Positions 26,113-38,911 of a DNA stretch of 64,000 bases are shown here, one piece after another. The translations under genes and the position numbers were made by a program. The DNA is taken from the NCBI GenBank assembly GCA_951406725.2, contig OX597824.1:51088001-51152000 (forward strand), given 5' to 3'. Origin of the DNA: Octopus vulgaris. Lineage: Eukaryota. The notes beneath the pieces are model-generated. The model was not told where the DNA came from. It did no database searches and saw only the letters and a program-made list of their open reading frames with translations. How positions within the stretch are numbered: the first letter of the stretch is position 1; each line of letters starts with the position of its first letter.

Positions 26113-28271
26113 CTTATTTCAAAAATTTTGCCATAAAGGCATGATACAGAGTAGCTTGCGGGCTGGACAAAGACATTGATGTGGTGAATGATGAAAAGGA
26201 TGATATTAATAGTAGAAGACAAAAATCGCCTGCCGATTTTTTGATTCTCTAAAACATTATTCTTTTTTCTTCTTTTTTTTTCACAGAAAAAGACAAAACG
26301 AGGTAATGAACCTCTTACTTCAGTTTTGCAATTTTGGGACTGATAGTCCATTTGACCCTCTTAAACACAATAACATGCAATAAACATTAAACATTATACA
26401 ATAAACATTATAACACTGAGGCTTTTCAACCTCTTGTCACTATTCTTCCCCAACATCACTTGTGCCCGTATATTCCGCCATCTCCCACGCCTCTTACAAA
26501 GCTTACAAAGACCAACGCGGGATCCGAGCCGGCGTCGCCCGGCCACAAGCGATATTCCTCATTGAGTCCCTGCAGCTTATTCATCACGGTCAACTTTGTG
26601 ACCTCTACAGCTATCTGCGGAGGCCATTCGGGATCCTGTGAGAAGGTTAAATGTACTCCCTTATAGTGCTTTTCCACCACCTCTTCTACTTATCCGCTTC
26701 TGTAGAAGACCAATAGTTCCTCATCCTCCGGGTTCGAGGTAGTCAAATCTACCGTTGGTAGCACAATTCTCCCCAACGGTGTTTCTTTCCCTGCCAGTGG
26801 CACAACCCCTATCGGCAAGGTTCCGGGACATTCCGGTGCTATGTCACAGACTGCCGGCAATGTCCCGTTTCTCTTCCTCTTCCTCGTTTTTTTTTCTCTC
26901 AACTGAGCGAGGGTGCGTCTCCTCCGTGACTGAGAGATTCGCCTCCCCTCCCTCATCCCTTGGATCCTTCGGTGAGCACACATTGTTGCTAACCTTCTTC
27001 CTCTTGCGGCTCTTCTTTGAGGAGTCCTCCGTCTCCTCGGCCGCCTTCGTTCCTTCTTCTACTGAGGTCTCAATCCACTGCTCCAAGACTTTGCTTTGTT
27101 CCTGAGGACAGTTTTTCTTTATACGGCCAGGTTCCAGGCACCGATGGCATCTGAAGGGACGACCCTCAAGAATCACCGGGTACCTGCACCCGGCCATTTA
27201 AAAAAAATCTGGTATAACCAGATTCATGGCTGATTGGGTCCACAGGGTCAAAACAGCTTTTGACCCAAGCCGCAGGAAGAATTTTCACATTGAGGAACCT
27301 GACTCCGCTGCCACCAAGACCCCGACGGATAGTATCCTCTATCCATTGGGGTTCAATTCCGGATGGCAAACCACAGACTCAAGCCCTCGTCAATTTTTTC
27401 CCACAATAAGTGGGAAGAAACAAAATTTCTTTACCCTCAAGGGGCTGGCTCGCAAAACTGCGAGCCTCCTCTGGGGTGTCAAACAGTAACCACACTGTTG
27501 CATATTTGACACCCCTAGAGATATACTTAATGGTTGGCAGATGTTCCGCTCAATCATCTGCTTGGAGAAGACGGTAATGGTGTCGAGAACCTTCGAATAC
27601 GTTCTCAACACCACCTCTTGCTGACTGTACTACTCCGTAGGTAGGAAAATCTCCCACTCTACAATCTTATCCATATTTTTTGCTATGTTTTAAATTAGAA
27701 AGTAAAATAGTCCAAACAAAAATTTCAAAAAGAGAAGAGAGAAATCAAAAGGAAACAAAAGGGAAGAAGAGAAAAAACAAACAGTTCAATAAAAAGTCAC
27801 AATTAAAGAATAGAAGAAGAAAACAACAGTTCAACAAAACACAGCAAAAAAAATCTTCTGGGCATTCAGGTACTCCAAGCCCTATGGTACTCCGATTAGA
27901 ACCTGGACGGCACCACTTGAAATACAGGTAAATGTTGTTGTAAAAACATACACTATTAAAAGTGAACAACTTTTGGTTGAAGGATACACCCCCAAACTAT
28001 ACTTCTCACAATGATTAAAAAAAAAATTCACTTAATGTGAACAATATTGCTCAACCGCAAGCAGACCAACATCCTGAATCCAGTGAGGACTCCTTGTTTG
28101 CAAAAATTATAACCACAGACAACAACCCCCACTGGATCCAAGAGACAAAAGTCTTACCTTGAAGCAGCAACTTTTCGCTGGCTAAACACCGCCAGCTATC
28201 TACTTCAGTGCATAACACAATGACACATGCGTACACTGACAACCAAGACTCATGGGAAGTATGCAGGTTAC
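26113..28271 (-). mobile_element. ORF1-only non-LTR retroelement with 16-bp TSD, inserted in a SINE head
   Basis: TSD ttggtaag[t/c]aagctac at 26097-26112 and 28272-28287; one disrupted ORF; no RT or endonuclease sequence; second copy at 49325-50328. Confidence 0.85.
26440..27674 (-). pseudogene. disrupted ORF1/gag-like protein with CCHC zinc-knuckle remnant
   Basis: MDKIVEWEIFLPTE*..YISRGVKYATV..LFLPTYCGKK..LPSGIEPQWI..YPVILEGRPFRCHRCLEPGRIKKNCP (CX2CX4[H>R]X4C) followed by a basic/acidic tract. Confidence 0.8.
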
Positions 28272-28309
28272 TTGGTAAGCAAGCTACTTACCACACAGCC
28301 ACTCCTGCG

Positions 28310-28343
<34 letters not shown>

Positions 28344-28469
28344 TATTTACATAAAAAAAGATATATATATATATATAGTTAGAATTTACAAAAAAAAGAC
28401 TAAGACATGTGTGTAAACAACAAACAGGTGTATTAGTTCAACGCTCGGGAAAGGGAACCGAGAAAATAT

Positions 28470-28806
28470 ATATAGGTGCACATGGTTCCGGGTTCAGTCC
28501 CACTGCGTGGCATTTTAAGCAAGTGTTTTCTACTTTAGCCTCGGGTTTTGTGAGTGGATTTGGTATACACATATATGTATATATCTATGTGTGTGTTTTT
28601 CTGTCTGTGTTTGTCACCTCATCATCGCTTGACAACCGATGTTGTGGTTACGTCCCCCATAGCCTAGCAGTACAGCAAAGGAGAACGATAGAATAAGTAT
28701 TAGGCTTACAAAGAATAAGTCCTTGGGTCGATTTCTTCGACTTAAAAAACCCTGTAAGGTGGTGCTCAAGTATGACCGCAGTCAAATGACTGAAACAAGT
28801 AAAAGA
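28470..28806 (+). mobile_element. SINE family A with internal deletions
   Basis: catggttccgggttcagtcccactgcgtggc..gtcaaatgactgaaacaagtaaaag. Confidence 0.88.
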
Positions 28807-28816
28807 ATATATATAT

Positions 28817-28922
<106 letters not shown>

Positions 28923-29109
28923 GTATGTATATGTGTGTGTGTATGTATATATGCATACATGTATGTATGTATATATGTATGTATGTATGTATGCATTGTA
29001 TGTAGACTAAAAGCCGTGTAGAGTGATTAAGGTATTTCTGTACTAACTGGCCGAGAGAAGCACTTTTAGTTGGTGATTGGCAGACAAGGTTTTTCTTGTG
29101 TGTGTGTGT

Positions 29110-29185
<76 letters not shown>

Positions 29186-29294
29186 ATGCTTACTATTTCA
29201 GTTGTCTAGTAATCTGAAATAGTACTTTGTTTTCAGTAGATGCTGATGAGGATCAGGTGGAGGATAGTGATGGTGATGATAATGATGTCGATGA

Positions 29295-29542
<248 letters not shown>

Positions 29543-30099
29543 AAAAATAACAGCAGCAACGGCCATTTCTACTATCAACAACAACAACATGGTAAAATAA
29601 CTAGTGATAATTATAGCAAGAGATCATACTGTGTTAATTTTCAACAAAATGGTCTCTTCAAGGTTAGTTTGGTACAATCTAATACAGTCTAAGGTAAAAT
29701 AGTATACTTCGTTGGGTCACCTTCGGTCAGTTTCAGTCTGGTCAGGTACAACAATGTCAAGATATTTGGACGAAAAATCGTTGTTCCATTTTTTTTTTTG
29801 TAATTTGTTTTCGTTCTTTCAGTTTACAGCTTTTGTTTTGCACTGTGAAATATAACTTTACACATGAGCGCACACACGCGCACGTGAGCGAGACCACAGA
29901 GAAAGAGAGAGAAAGAGAGAGATAGAGAGAGGAAGAGAGAGAGAAAGAGAGAGGAAGAGAGAGAGGGAGAGCGAGAGAGACGCAGAAGAATACATATCCA
30001 CACTACATACATACATACATACATATATATGCGTATATACACACACACACACACTATATATATATATACATATATATATACTACTGTATATATATATAT

Positions 30100-30130
<31 letters not shown>

Positions 30131-30134
30131 TATT

Positions 30135-30168
<34 letters not shown>

Positions 30169-30183
30169 ATATATATATATATG

Positions 30184-30239
<56 letters not shown>

Positions 30240-31548
30240 CATATACATACATATACATATATATATGGTGTCCTGTACTCATATATGCGTGTATATGTAC
30301 ATGTAGAGGTAGGTACGTACATATATGTTTATATATATGCATATGTTTTATTTCATTTATTAATATATATACATATATATATATTATATACATAAATATA
30401 AACATATATATATTATATATATATGTATTGCATATATTACATATATATGCATACATTTACATAAAAACACGTATTATATATATTATATACATACATATGT
30501 ATCTATATACGTACATACTTACATATTTACATACTTACATGTATACATACATACATACACACATATATTTACCTGCATATACACAAATTGGAGAGTTGGA
30601 AACTCATACAAGCCATTCAAAAACACAAAAACCTTTAACTTCACTTAAACATTTAGTATTATTTGGTGTCAAGACTTTCGTTGCACTGACTGCGACCGGG
30701 GTCAGTGAATGGCTAACCTGTGTCTTCCACGCTGTAATTGCTGTAGCTTCAACACTCGGTCTCAGATCAAGTCACTTGCCAATCAAATACATCTGACAGA
30801 CACACACGCACGCACACACACATATATATATTATTGATAGATAACAAATGAGTCTTTAAGAAGTATTAACGTGAGAAAGTTGGGAGTTCAGGTGAGATAC
30901 TCGACCGACCCAGAAAGCGAACACGCCCACTCTATTCTTTTAGAGGGAGTTTATTGGGGTTGTTTAGGACGGTATCAAACCGAATGATTAACTCAGCAGG
31001 AATCGAAACTGTTTCTATAGGCTTCACCATTGCACTGCTAACACACTGAAAACACCTGTCTTATCAACACCCCTTGACTAGTCAATATTAGTACCAGCAA
31101 CAACCTTTTGCTCCACCACCGCTACTAATTCCAGTCTCATTAATGTTATCATCTTCACGCCCATCTACTAATAGCATCACGATCAGATGCACAATTCTAC
31201 CCCCCCTCCCCACTGCCAACTACAACTCAGCCAACATTATCAAGAGCGTAACAAACATCCTTGCCAACACCCCACCACCAACAACACCAACAACAACAAT
31301 ACCAATACTAAAACAATCTCCGCCACTACTTCCAACATTAACATCAACTATATCGATATGTACCAGTATTACAACCAATAACACTAATTCCACCACCACC
31401 GACGCCATCGCCGCCACCACCACCACCACCACCACCATCATCACCACTATCACCGCCGCCAACACCACCACTGCCACCACCATCACCACCACCACTTTAA
31501 TACTTGTTTTCATTCTTTTTTTACATTTAATTATCCCCCTACAATTCT

Positions 31549-31644
<96 letters not shown>

Positions 31645-32112
31645 AGGCGTTGTTTTTATTGATGATGATGATGATGAACCTGATGGATATGTTTGTTATC
31701 CGGTTGACTGGTCAGTTGCAAAGAAACATGAATGGTGTTCTTTAATGATGACAATAACATTTATTGTTATAACTATAAGCGACAGTAATTAGTGACAGAA
31801 TCTGTAGGCAATCGGACCATGTGGCCTCCACCTTAATCATATTTCTTTCATACATATGTATCTATATACGTACATACTTACATATTTACATACTTACATG
31901 TATACATACATACATACACACATTCTCTCTCTCTGTTCGCTAAGTTAATAAACTAGCAACTAAGTACTGTAATCCTTAAAACTGACTGTGCTCTCGCCCA
32001 AAACATGTGGCATTTCTGCTGGTGTTAGAACGCTTCGTAATTATTTTGAGGTTCACTTTTATTTTCATTCCCATGAAGCAGTAACGATCTAGCTACTGGC
32101 AGAGACTAGTGA

Positions 32113-32367
32113 AGGCGCATGGCTCAGTGGTTAGAGAGTCCGACCGTGAGGTTTTGAGTTCGAATCCCAGACCGGGCTGCGTGTTGTGTTCTTGAGCAAG
32201 ACACTTTATTTCACGTTGCTCCAGTTCACATCAATGGTATGGAGCAGAGAGGCTGGTATGCATGAGCGACTGCTGGTCTTCCATAAACAACCTTGCCCGG
32301 ACTTGTGCCTCGGAGGGTAGCTTTCTAGGTGCAATCCCATGGTCATTCGTGACCGAAGGGGGTCTCC
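32113..32367 (+). mobile_element. tRNA-derived CORE-like SINE family C
   Basis: ggcgcatggctcagtggttag (A box), gagttcgaatccc (B box), cttgagcaagacactttatttcacgttgctccag. Confidence 0.85.
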
Positions 32368-32642
32368 ACAAAAATTGGCAGAGACTATCTTTCTTTCAAT
32401 CTTCTGTTCGTTTCACTCATTAGACTGAGGCCATGCTGTAGCACCACTTCGAAGAAGTTTACTCGAATGAATCGAACCCCTCCCCCAGTACTTATTTTTG
32501 AAAGCCTGGTATTTATTCTATCAGTCTCTTTTTTCCGACACCGCTAAGTTACGGTGACGTAAACATACCAACACCAGCTGTGAAGCGGTTGTGTGTGTGT
32601 GTGTGTGGGGGGGGGGTGAATACAGACACAAACACACACACA

Positions 32643-32674
<32 letters not shown>

Positions 32675-32827
32675 CCAATTAAGGACTGAACACGAAAAGT
32701 GGACAGTCAACATGCTAGATATAGACGTCAAATCGCCATTCTCCACAAAAGATTATGTTCTCAGATCAAACTCAACACAAAACCATAGCAATAAACAAGT
32801 GAAAAATATACGAAATAAAATAATTAC

Positions 32828-32892
32828 CCATGTACTAACTTAGTTTCAGCTGTTATTTTCCGCAAGGAAAACTGCAGCCATCATCAGCATGG
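32828..32892 (-). ncRNA. type I hammerhead ribozyme motif, intact core
   Basis: ccatg-CTGATGA-t-ggctg(..ttttcc ttgc ggaaaa..)cagct-GAAA-ctaa g ttag-TA-catgg; all three stems pair, GUA cleavage triplet. Confidence 0.85.
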
Positions 32893-33334
32893 TCCGTTAT
32901 AAATGTAATTTGCTGGACTAGATGCAAACACGATACCGAAATATCGTGTGCATGGAGTTCAGCCTATTACATTTGAATATATCTTTCAAATGCCTTTACT
33001 TTGGCGCGTTGAAACCCGAGAAAACTAGCCTGCAGCTAATAGTTAGCAGCAGTTAATTTATCGGTTAGAGAACATATTTATTTATATAAAATTAATTAAG
33101 GGTAGAAATTGATATTTATCAATTAAGACCAGTGGTCTAGCATATTAAAAAAGAATCCGAAGATTAAAATATTTATATATACCAATTAAGGACTGAACAC
33201 GAAAAGTGGACAGTCAACATGCTAGATATAGACGTCAAATCGCCATTCTCCACAAAAGATTATGTTCTCAGATCAAACTCAACACAAAACCATAGCAATA
33301 AACAAGTGAAAAATATACGAAATAAAATAATTAC

Positions 33335-33399
33335 CCATGTACTAACTTAGTTTCAGCTGTTATTTTCCGCAAGGAAAACTGCAGCCATCATCAGCATGG
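33335..33399 (-). ncRNA. type I hammerhead ribozyme motif, identical second copy
   Basis: Same sequence as 32828-32892, offset 507 bp. Confidence 0.8.
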
Positions 33400-34024
33400 T
33401 CCGTTATAAATGTAATTTGCTGGACTAGATGCAAACACGATACCGAAATATCGTGTGCATGGAGTTCAGCCTATTACATTTTATATAAATAAATATGTTC
33501 TCTAACCGATAAATTAACTGCTGCTAACTATTAGCTGCAGGCTAGTTTTCTCGGGTTTCAACGCGCCAAAGTAAAGGCATTTGAAAGATATATTCAAATG
33601 TAATAGGCTGAACTCCATGCACACGATATTTCGGTATCGTGTTTGCATCTAGTCCAGCAAATTACATTTATAACGGACCATGCTGGACTTGTGCCTGGAC
33701 TTGTGCTTTCTAGGTGCAATCCCATGGTCATTCGTGACCGAAGGGGGTTCCACAAAATGGCAGAGACTATCTTTCTTTCAATCTTCTTTCGTTTCACTCA
33801 TTAGACTGAGGCCATGCTGTAGCACCACTTCGAAGAAGTTTATCGAATGAATCGAACCCATCCCCCAGTACTTATTTTTGAAAGCCTGGTATTTATTCTA
33901 TCATGTTGTCTCTTTTTTCGACACCGCTAAGTTACGGTGACGTAAACATACCAACACCAGCTGTTAAGCGGTTGTGTGTTGTGTGTGTGGGGGATATACA
34001 GACACAAACACACACACACGTGTA

Positions 34025-34097
<73 letters not shown>

Positions 34098-34102
<5 letters not shown>

Positions 34103-34716
34103 TAATAAATAAAATATATGCATACATACAAACATATATGTACGTACCAACATCTACATGTATATATACATGCATATATGAATATATATACGTACAGGAC
34201 ACCACAAAAAGACGTAAAACTCAACAGAAACGAAAACGGAAAAGCCATTTTGTTACAACAGAAGGACAGAGACGTGGAACAGGACGAGAACGAAAACGGG
34301 AAAAACATTATTTACAACAGAAAACTAGGTACAGGACATGCTACACAAGGAAAATCCCCTTCATCAGCTGTCACTAGCAGACATAGCGTGTTTCGAAGGC
34401 AAGACAGGACACGACTGATCAATGCTAGGCCTTCCTGCGAGAGAATTAAAATGAAATAACCTCGTAGAGGGGTAAAACAAGCACGAAAAAAATGTAACAC
34501 AAAAAGGGACGTAACAAAGAACTGCACAATAAAAAACAAGATAAAAATACAAAATTAAAAATACATGTACAAGAAAATACAGAACGAGAAATAAATTACA
34601 ATACGAGAAATCAAAATAAACAAGAGAACAAACAAAAAAAACGAACGAAAAGCCTTTGTTCTGGCAGGGACGGAAGAGGTACTGGCGAGCGCAGGGAAAC
34701 ATGACCTTACGGCCTG
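34098..34716. mobile_element. unclassified dispersed repeat beside (TA)n; related copies at 45710-45978 and, reversed, 30265-30365
   Basis: Shared taaataaaatatatgcatacatacaaacatatatgtacgtacc..catctacatgtat..tacaggaca and ..tcatcagctgtc..tgtttcgaaggca. Confidence 0.7.
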
Positions 34717-35072
34717 TTATAAATAAGGGCAAACGAAAAATTTTCTAATGCCAAATATGCCGAAATTGAACATATTGTCCATAATCATATACTTTTTCAC
34801 AATACGCACGTTAAAAAGCCGACAGAAATTTCTAAAAATTCCATTATTACCATATCGGACCGATTTCAGCGTCCGATATCACTGACGAAGGGAGGGTTCT
34901 TACGAACTAACCCTGAAATCGGTCCGATATGGTAATAATGGAAATTTTAGAAATTTCTGTCGGCTTTTTTTCGAGTAGCGTGCGTATTGTGAAAAATTAT
35001 ATGGTTATGGACAATATGTTCAATTTCGGCATATTTGGCATTAGAAATTTTTTCGTTTGCCCTTATTTATAA
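34717..35072. repeat. ~155-bp inverted repeat with a hammerhead motif at the centre
   Basis: Arms 34717-34869 and 34913-35072 are reverse complements with few mismatches. Confidence 0.9.
34876..34930 (+). ncRNA. type I hammerhead ribozyme motif
   Basis: atatca-CTGACGA-aggg..gttc ttac gaac..ccct-GAAA-tcgg-TC-cgatat. Confidence 0.7.
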
Positions 35073-35158
35073 GTTGTTTATAATTTTAACCTTTAAAGGT
35101 ATTTTTTAATATGCTGGCCATTGATAACATTTTTTTTCGAAAAAATTTTATCCTACAT

Positions 35159-35231
<73 letters not shown>

Positions 35232-35233
<2 letters not shown>

Positions 35234-35485
35234 TTTATTTAAAGCAGCAGAAAATTCAAGAAAACCTGTTACTCTGAGTTTCCCGTGGCCGTTCATCGGA
35301 CAGTTTTTGCTAGAATGGAACCGATATGTCAATTCTATCCAGACTAGTATAAACGCTACACCTTTAAATATGGACTTGTATTCCGATAAGCCTTCTATTT
35401 GTACCTTGGCTCTATAAACTACCCCTTTTACTAGACATTTCCCTTCCAACGGACAGGAGGATTCATTTTTGAAATTGCAACTCTT
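35232..35485 (-). mobile_element. Penelope-like element fragment: GIY-YIG N-terminus joined to a hammerhead-like motif (35266-35303)
   Basis: SCNFKNESSCPLEGKCLVKGVVYRAKV, then ctgt-CCGATGA-acggccacgg-GAAA-ctcagag-TA-acag; inverted end at ~36200-36280. Confidence 0.75.
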
Positions 35486-35739
35486 AATGGGCTATGCATA
35501 TGTATACATGCATTTGTGTGTATATTTTAGTTTTATATTTATACGTCTGTATATGTATGTGGTTTGCACGCATCTATCTGTGTATGTTGATATACATGTA
35601 TAGTTTAATATGAATATGTACTGCCGTGTAATATTTTAATGCATTTTAACATTTTAATTTCAATTTCCATGTATTAATAATATTTCCTTCATTAAGGTCA
35701 ATATGTATTTTATTCAATGTAAGGTTTTTTCTCGAATTT

Positions 35740-35796
<57 letters not shown>

Positions 35797-35798
<2 letters not shown>

Positions 35799-36126
35799 GA
35801 AGCACTCCGTCGGTTACGACGACGAGGGTTCCGGTTGATCCGATCAACGGAACAGCCTGCTCGTGAAATTAACGTGTAAGTGGCTGGGGATATTCAGCGT
35901 GACACAGAGAGTGACAAGGCCGGCCCTTTGAAATACAGGTACAACAGAAACAGGAAGTAAGAGTGAGAGAAAGTTGTGGTGAAAGAGTACAGCAGGGATC
36001 ACCACCATCCCCTGCCGGAGCCTCGTGGAGCTTTAGGTGTTTAGGTGTTTTCGCTCAATAAACACTCACAACGCCCGGTCTGGGAATCGAGTCCGCTGCC
36101 CTAACCACTGGGCCATTGCGCCTCCA
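35797..36126 (-). mobile_element. tRNA-derived SINE family D
   Basis: Minus strand starts ggaggcgcaatggcccagtggttagggcagcggactcgattccc; tail shared with 10130-10310. Confidence 0.85.
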
Positions 36127-36275
36127 CGAAAATTAACCGTTATTTGTAAAAGACCAATCAAACAAGTCCATTTTTATATATATATATATATATATATATG
36201 AATTTTCTGCTGCTTTAAATATATTATATATATATACTCTTTTTCCACCTTGTTTCACATTTATGTGTTTACTCC

Positions 36276-36310
<35 letters not shown>

Positions 36311-36315
<5 letters not shown>

Positions 36316-36468
36316 ATGGGCTTCTTTCAGTTTCCCTCTACAAATCCATTCACAGGGCTCTGGTTGACCCGAGCTGTAGCAGAAAACACTTGCCTTGGGT
36401 ATCACGCAGTGGGTCTAGACCCGGGACCATGTGGTTGAGAAGCAAACTACTTACCACCCAGCCACGCC
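36311..36468 (-). mobile_element. SINE family A, 5' half (3' half at 33783-34020, duplicated at 32400-32640)
   Basis: Homology to the full copy. Confidence 0.85.
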
Positions 36469-37529
36469 TCTCACAGCTCGTCAGGTGTGTCATGTGCACC
36501 ACCTGTAGACATCCTTTAAGAGCGCTGCTGCAAAAGACGGGCTGCTTCAAAAAAAAAAAAAAGACCATATATACCAATTTCTTCTAAAGATGTTAATGAT
36601 AGTAAGAAGTCTTCTTGGTACTCAAGACACATGTCTGAAGTGTCTATAACAAATTTCAAACATCTTGCAAACGTTTTAACGTAATAAGACCGAATTTCTT
36701 CCAAGGATTTATAGAAAACATTCTTCTCTATGGAACCGAAACCTGGGCTATGTAAAAAAGAGATCTTGAAGATCATTTTGATGGGATATACAAAAGGCTT
36801 CTTTTGGAGGGCTCAAAACATCTCATGTCGTGAGCACAAGACCAAAGAAGAAACACATTCCAACCATCTCCATTTCACAGTGTAACACGATTTTTGTCCT
36901 TGGGTAAAAATAGATAATATTTCCTTCAAACTTTACTTTTGTTTCATTTATTCAAAAGCCCAAAGAATCCCTCTCAATACATGTCTATGAAGACAGCACG
37001 GTTGGAGGCACATGATCAGCATATGGTGTTGCAACCATGCTTGGTGCGGATAATTGAATTTTAAGTAGTTATTAGGTCAAGAATTGACAAGCAAATCTCT
37101 GGTATTGTGCAGAATATTTGCTATAACGATATATCTGCTTCAGTAGCTTATCGCTGGATTTATGTGATATGTAATGAAGAATAGGTCAGTTTCAAAGCAT
37201 TGATCTCCTGGTCACAAAAGCAAAGTTTGAAGGAAACAGTAGTCATTTTCTTTAATTTCTAGATAGAAGCAATTAGGAAATAACACTTACTGACCAAAGG
37301 CAAAATATATATATATATATATATTTTGTGAAATAGAAAGATGAATAATCTTGTTGCAGATTAATCAAAAGTTTAACCGATACCTTGGTAGCAAAAATCA
37401 CAGCAGAAGACAGCACGGTTGGAGGCACAACCATATGGTGTTGCAACCATGCGTTGGTGCGGATAATTGAATTTTAATATTATTAGTGAATTGAAGAAAT
37501 GGAGTTGAACGAAGATTGAACAGAAATCG

Positions 37530-37721
37530 TTTTATTGCATTCTACACGAGTTTCGAAAGCCACAATTTACCAAATTCCGATTGAATAAGGAGACCATATT
37601 GTGTCTTTCTCTTCAGGAAGAAATAGGAAATCCGTTGGAAGAGAAAGACACAATATGGTCTCCTTATTCAATCGGAATTTGTAAATTGTGGCTTTCGAAA
37701 CACGTGTAGAATGCAATAAAA
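37530..37721. repeat. ~85-bp inverted repeat; left arm carries a hammerhead on minus (37540-37619)
   Basis: ttc-CTGAAGA-gaaag..ctttc-GAAA-ctcgtg-TA-gaa; the right arm has palindromic ACACGTGT. Confidence 0.8.
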
Positions 37722-37754
37722 GTTCAATCTTCGCATTTCTTCAATTCACTAATA

Positions 37755-37788
<34 letters not shown>

Positions 37789-37809
37789 GTATAAATTTTA
37801 TTATACAGT

Positions 37810-38148
37810 ATTATTAATGCTCAAGTTAGGATCTGCTGGCCACTACTATCATGGTGAACAGCTGGCCATATCAGATGTTATACTTTGGAGACTTTTGTTA
37901 CCTAATAGAAGACGCAGTTCATTCAAGTACATTCGTGTTACTAGGAGACACACAACATAAAACTGAGGATCTACCAAAGTTAATAGCGGACAGAAATCCC
38001 TGGCATGGCACTGTAAGGTGGATCTCGGTTAGGGCCACTTGAAGAAGAAGAAGAAGAAGAAGAAGAAGAAGAAGAAGAAGAAGAAGAAGAAGAAGAAGAA
38101 GAAGAAGAAGAAGAAGAAGAAGAAGAAGAAGAAGAAGAAGAAGAAGAA
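37810..38148 (+). mobile_element. 3' end of an RTE/RTEX-like LINE with (AAG)n tail
   Basis: AGHYYHGEQLAISDVILWR..GDTQHKTEDLPKLIADRNPW..stop immediately followed by (GAA)n. Confidence 0.7.
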
Positions 38149-38577
38149 GGTGGAGGGGCAGAAGGAGGGTTTAGTGTAAACGAGCTAGCTACGAGAAGAT
38201 AAACAGTAAACAGAAATGGTGTAAAGAAAGACTACTGCTAAATAAACAGTGAAACAAAATGGCTATTAACGTTTCTTGCCGGCCACTAAGTGGAAGGGTG
38301 TATTTGTGTCTGTGTGTGTCTCTGTAGCTGTGTATTGTTATAGTGTGTGCATGTGTGTCTCGATAAGGCAGCAATTTAGTGCTTATGTTTGCCTATGGAA
38401 TACCATCGGGTGTGCGACTTTAAAGAGGGTGCGAAAGTGTATGTGGAGTTTTGTAACTCGCCAAATGCCTGTCTCATTTATTCTGTCTCTCCCTCAATTT
38501 CTCTTTCTCACTCTCCCCTCCTCTCTCTCCCAAAACGTACAAAGCGGGGAAGTTTATTTTCATGTGCGTGTGTAAAA

Positions 38578-38630
<53 letters not shown>

Positions 38631-38856
38631 ATTATGATTGAAGATTCCGTTAGAAACGGAAGGAACTGAAGTTAAAGTACTCAATGCGTGTGGTAGAGGA
38701 ACTAACTGATGAAACCCCAGGAATGCAATAGTTCTAGTTCTGTATAAGCCATTAATCATTAATTAACTAAACTTTTTATGCCTACTACACATGTGTGTGT
38801 GTGTGTGTGTGCATAAATATGCATGCATCTATGTATGTATATGTGCACACACACAT

Positions 38857-38911
<55 letters not shown>

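Larger units (their letters stand above)
32672..33685. repeat. 507-bp-period tandem duplication plus inverted segment of a hammerhead-bearing element
   Basis: 32672-32973 equals 33179-33480; 33480-33685 is the reverse complement of ~32886-33088. Confidence 0.9.

Noticed and set aside
31143-31550. Mucin-like Thr-rich ORF
   Set aside because: Degenerate (ACC)n/(AAC)n microsatellite.
34340-34445. Permuted (type II) hammerhead in the minus-strand ccttcGAAA..CTGATGAagg segment, with relatives near 45930 and 46640
   Set aside because: Stem I and the cleavage triplet cannot both be placed canonically, and pairing is not kept in the related copies; unresolved.
36516-36800. Possible transposase C-terminal fragment
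   Set aside because: No diagnostic motif identifiable by eye.
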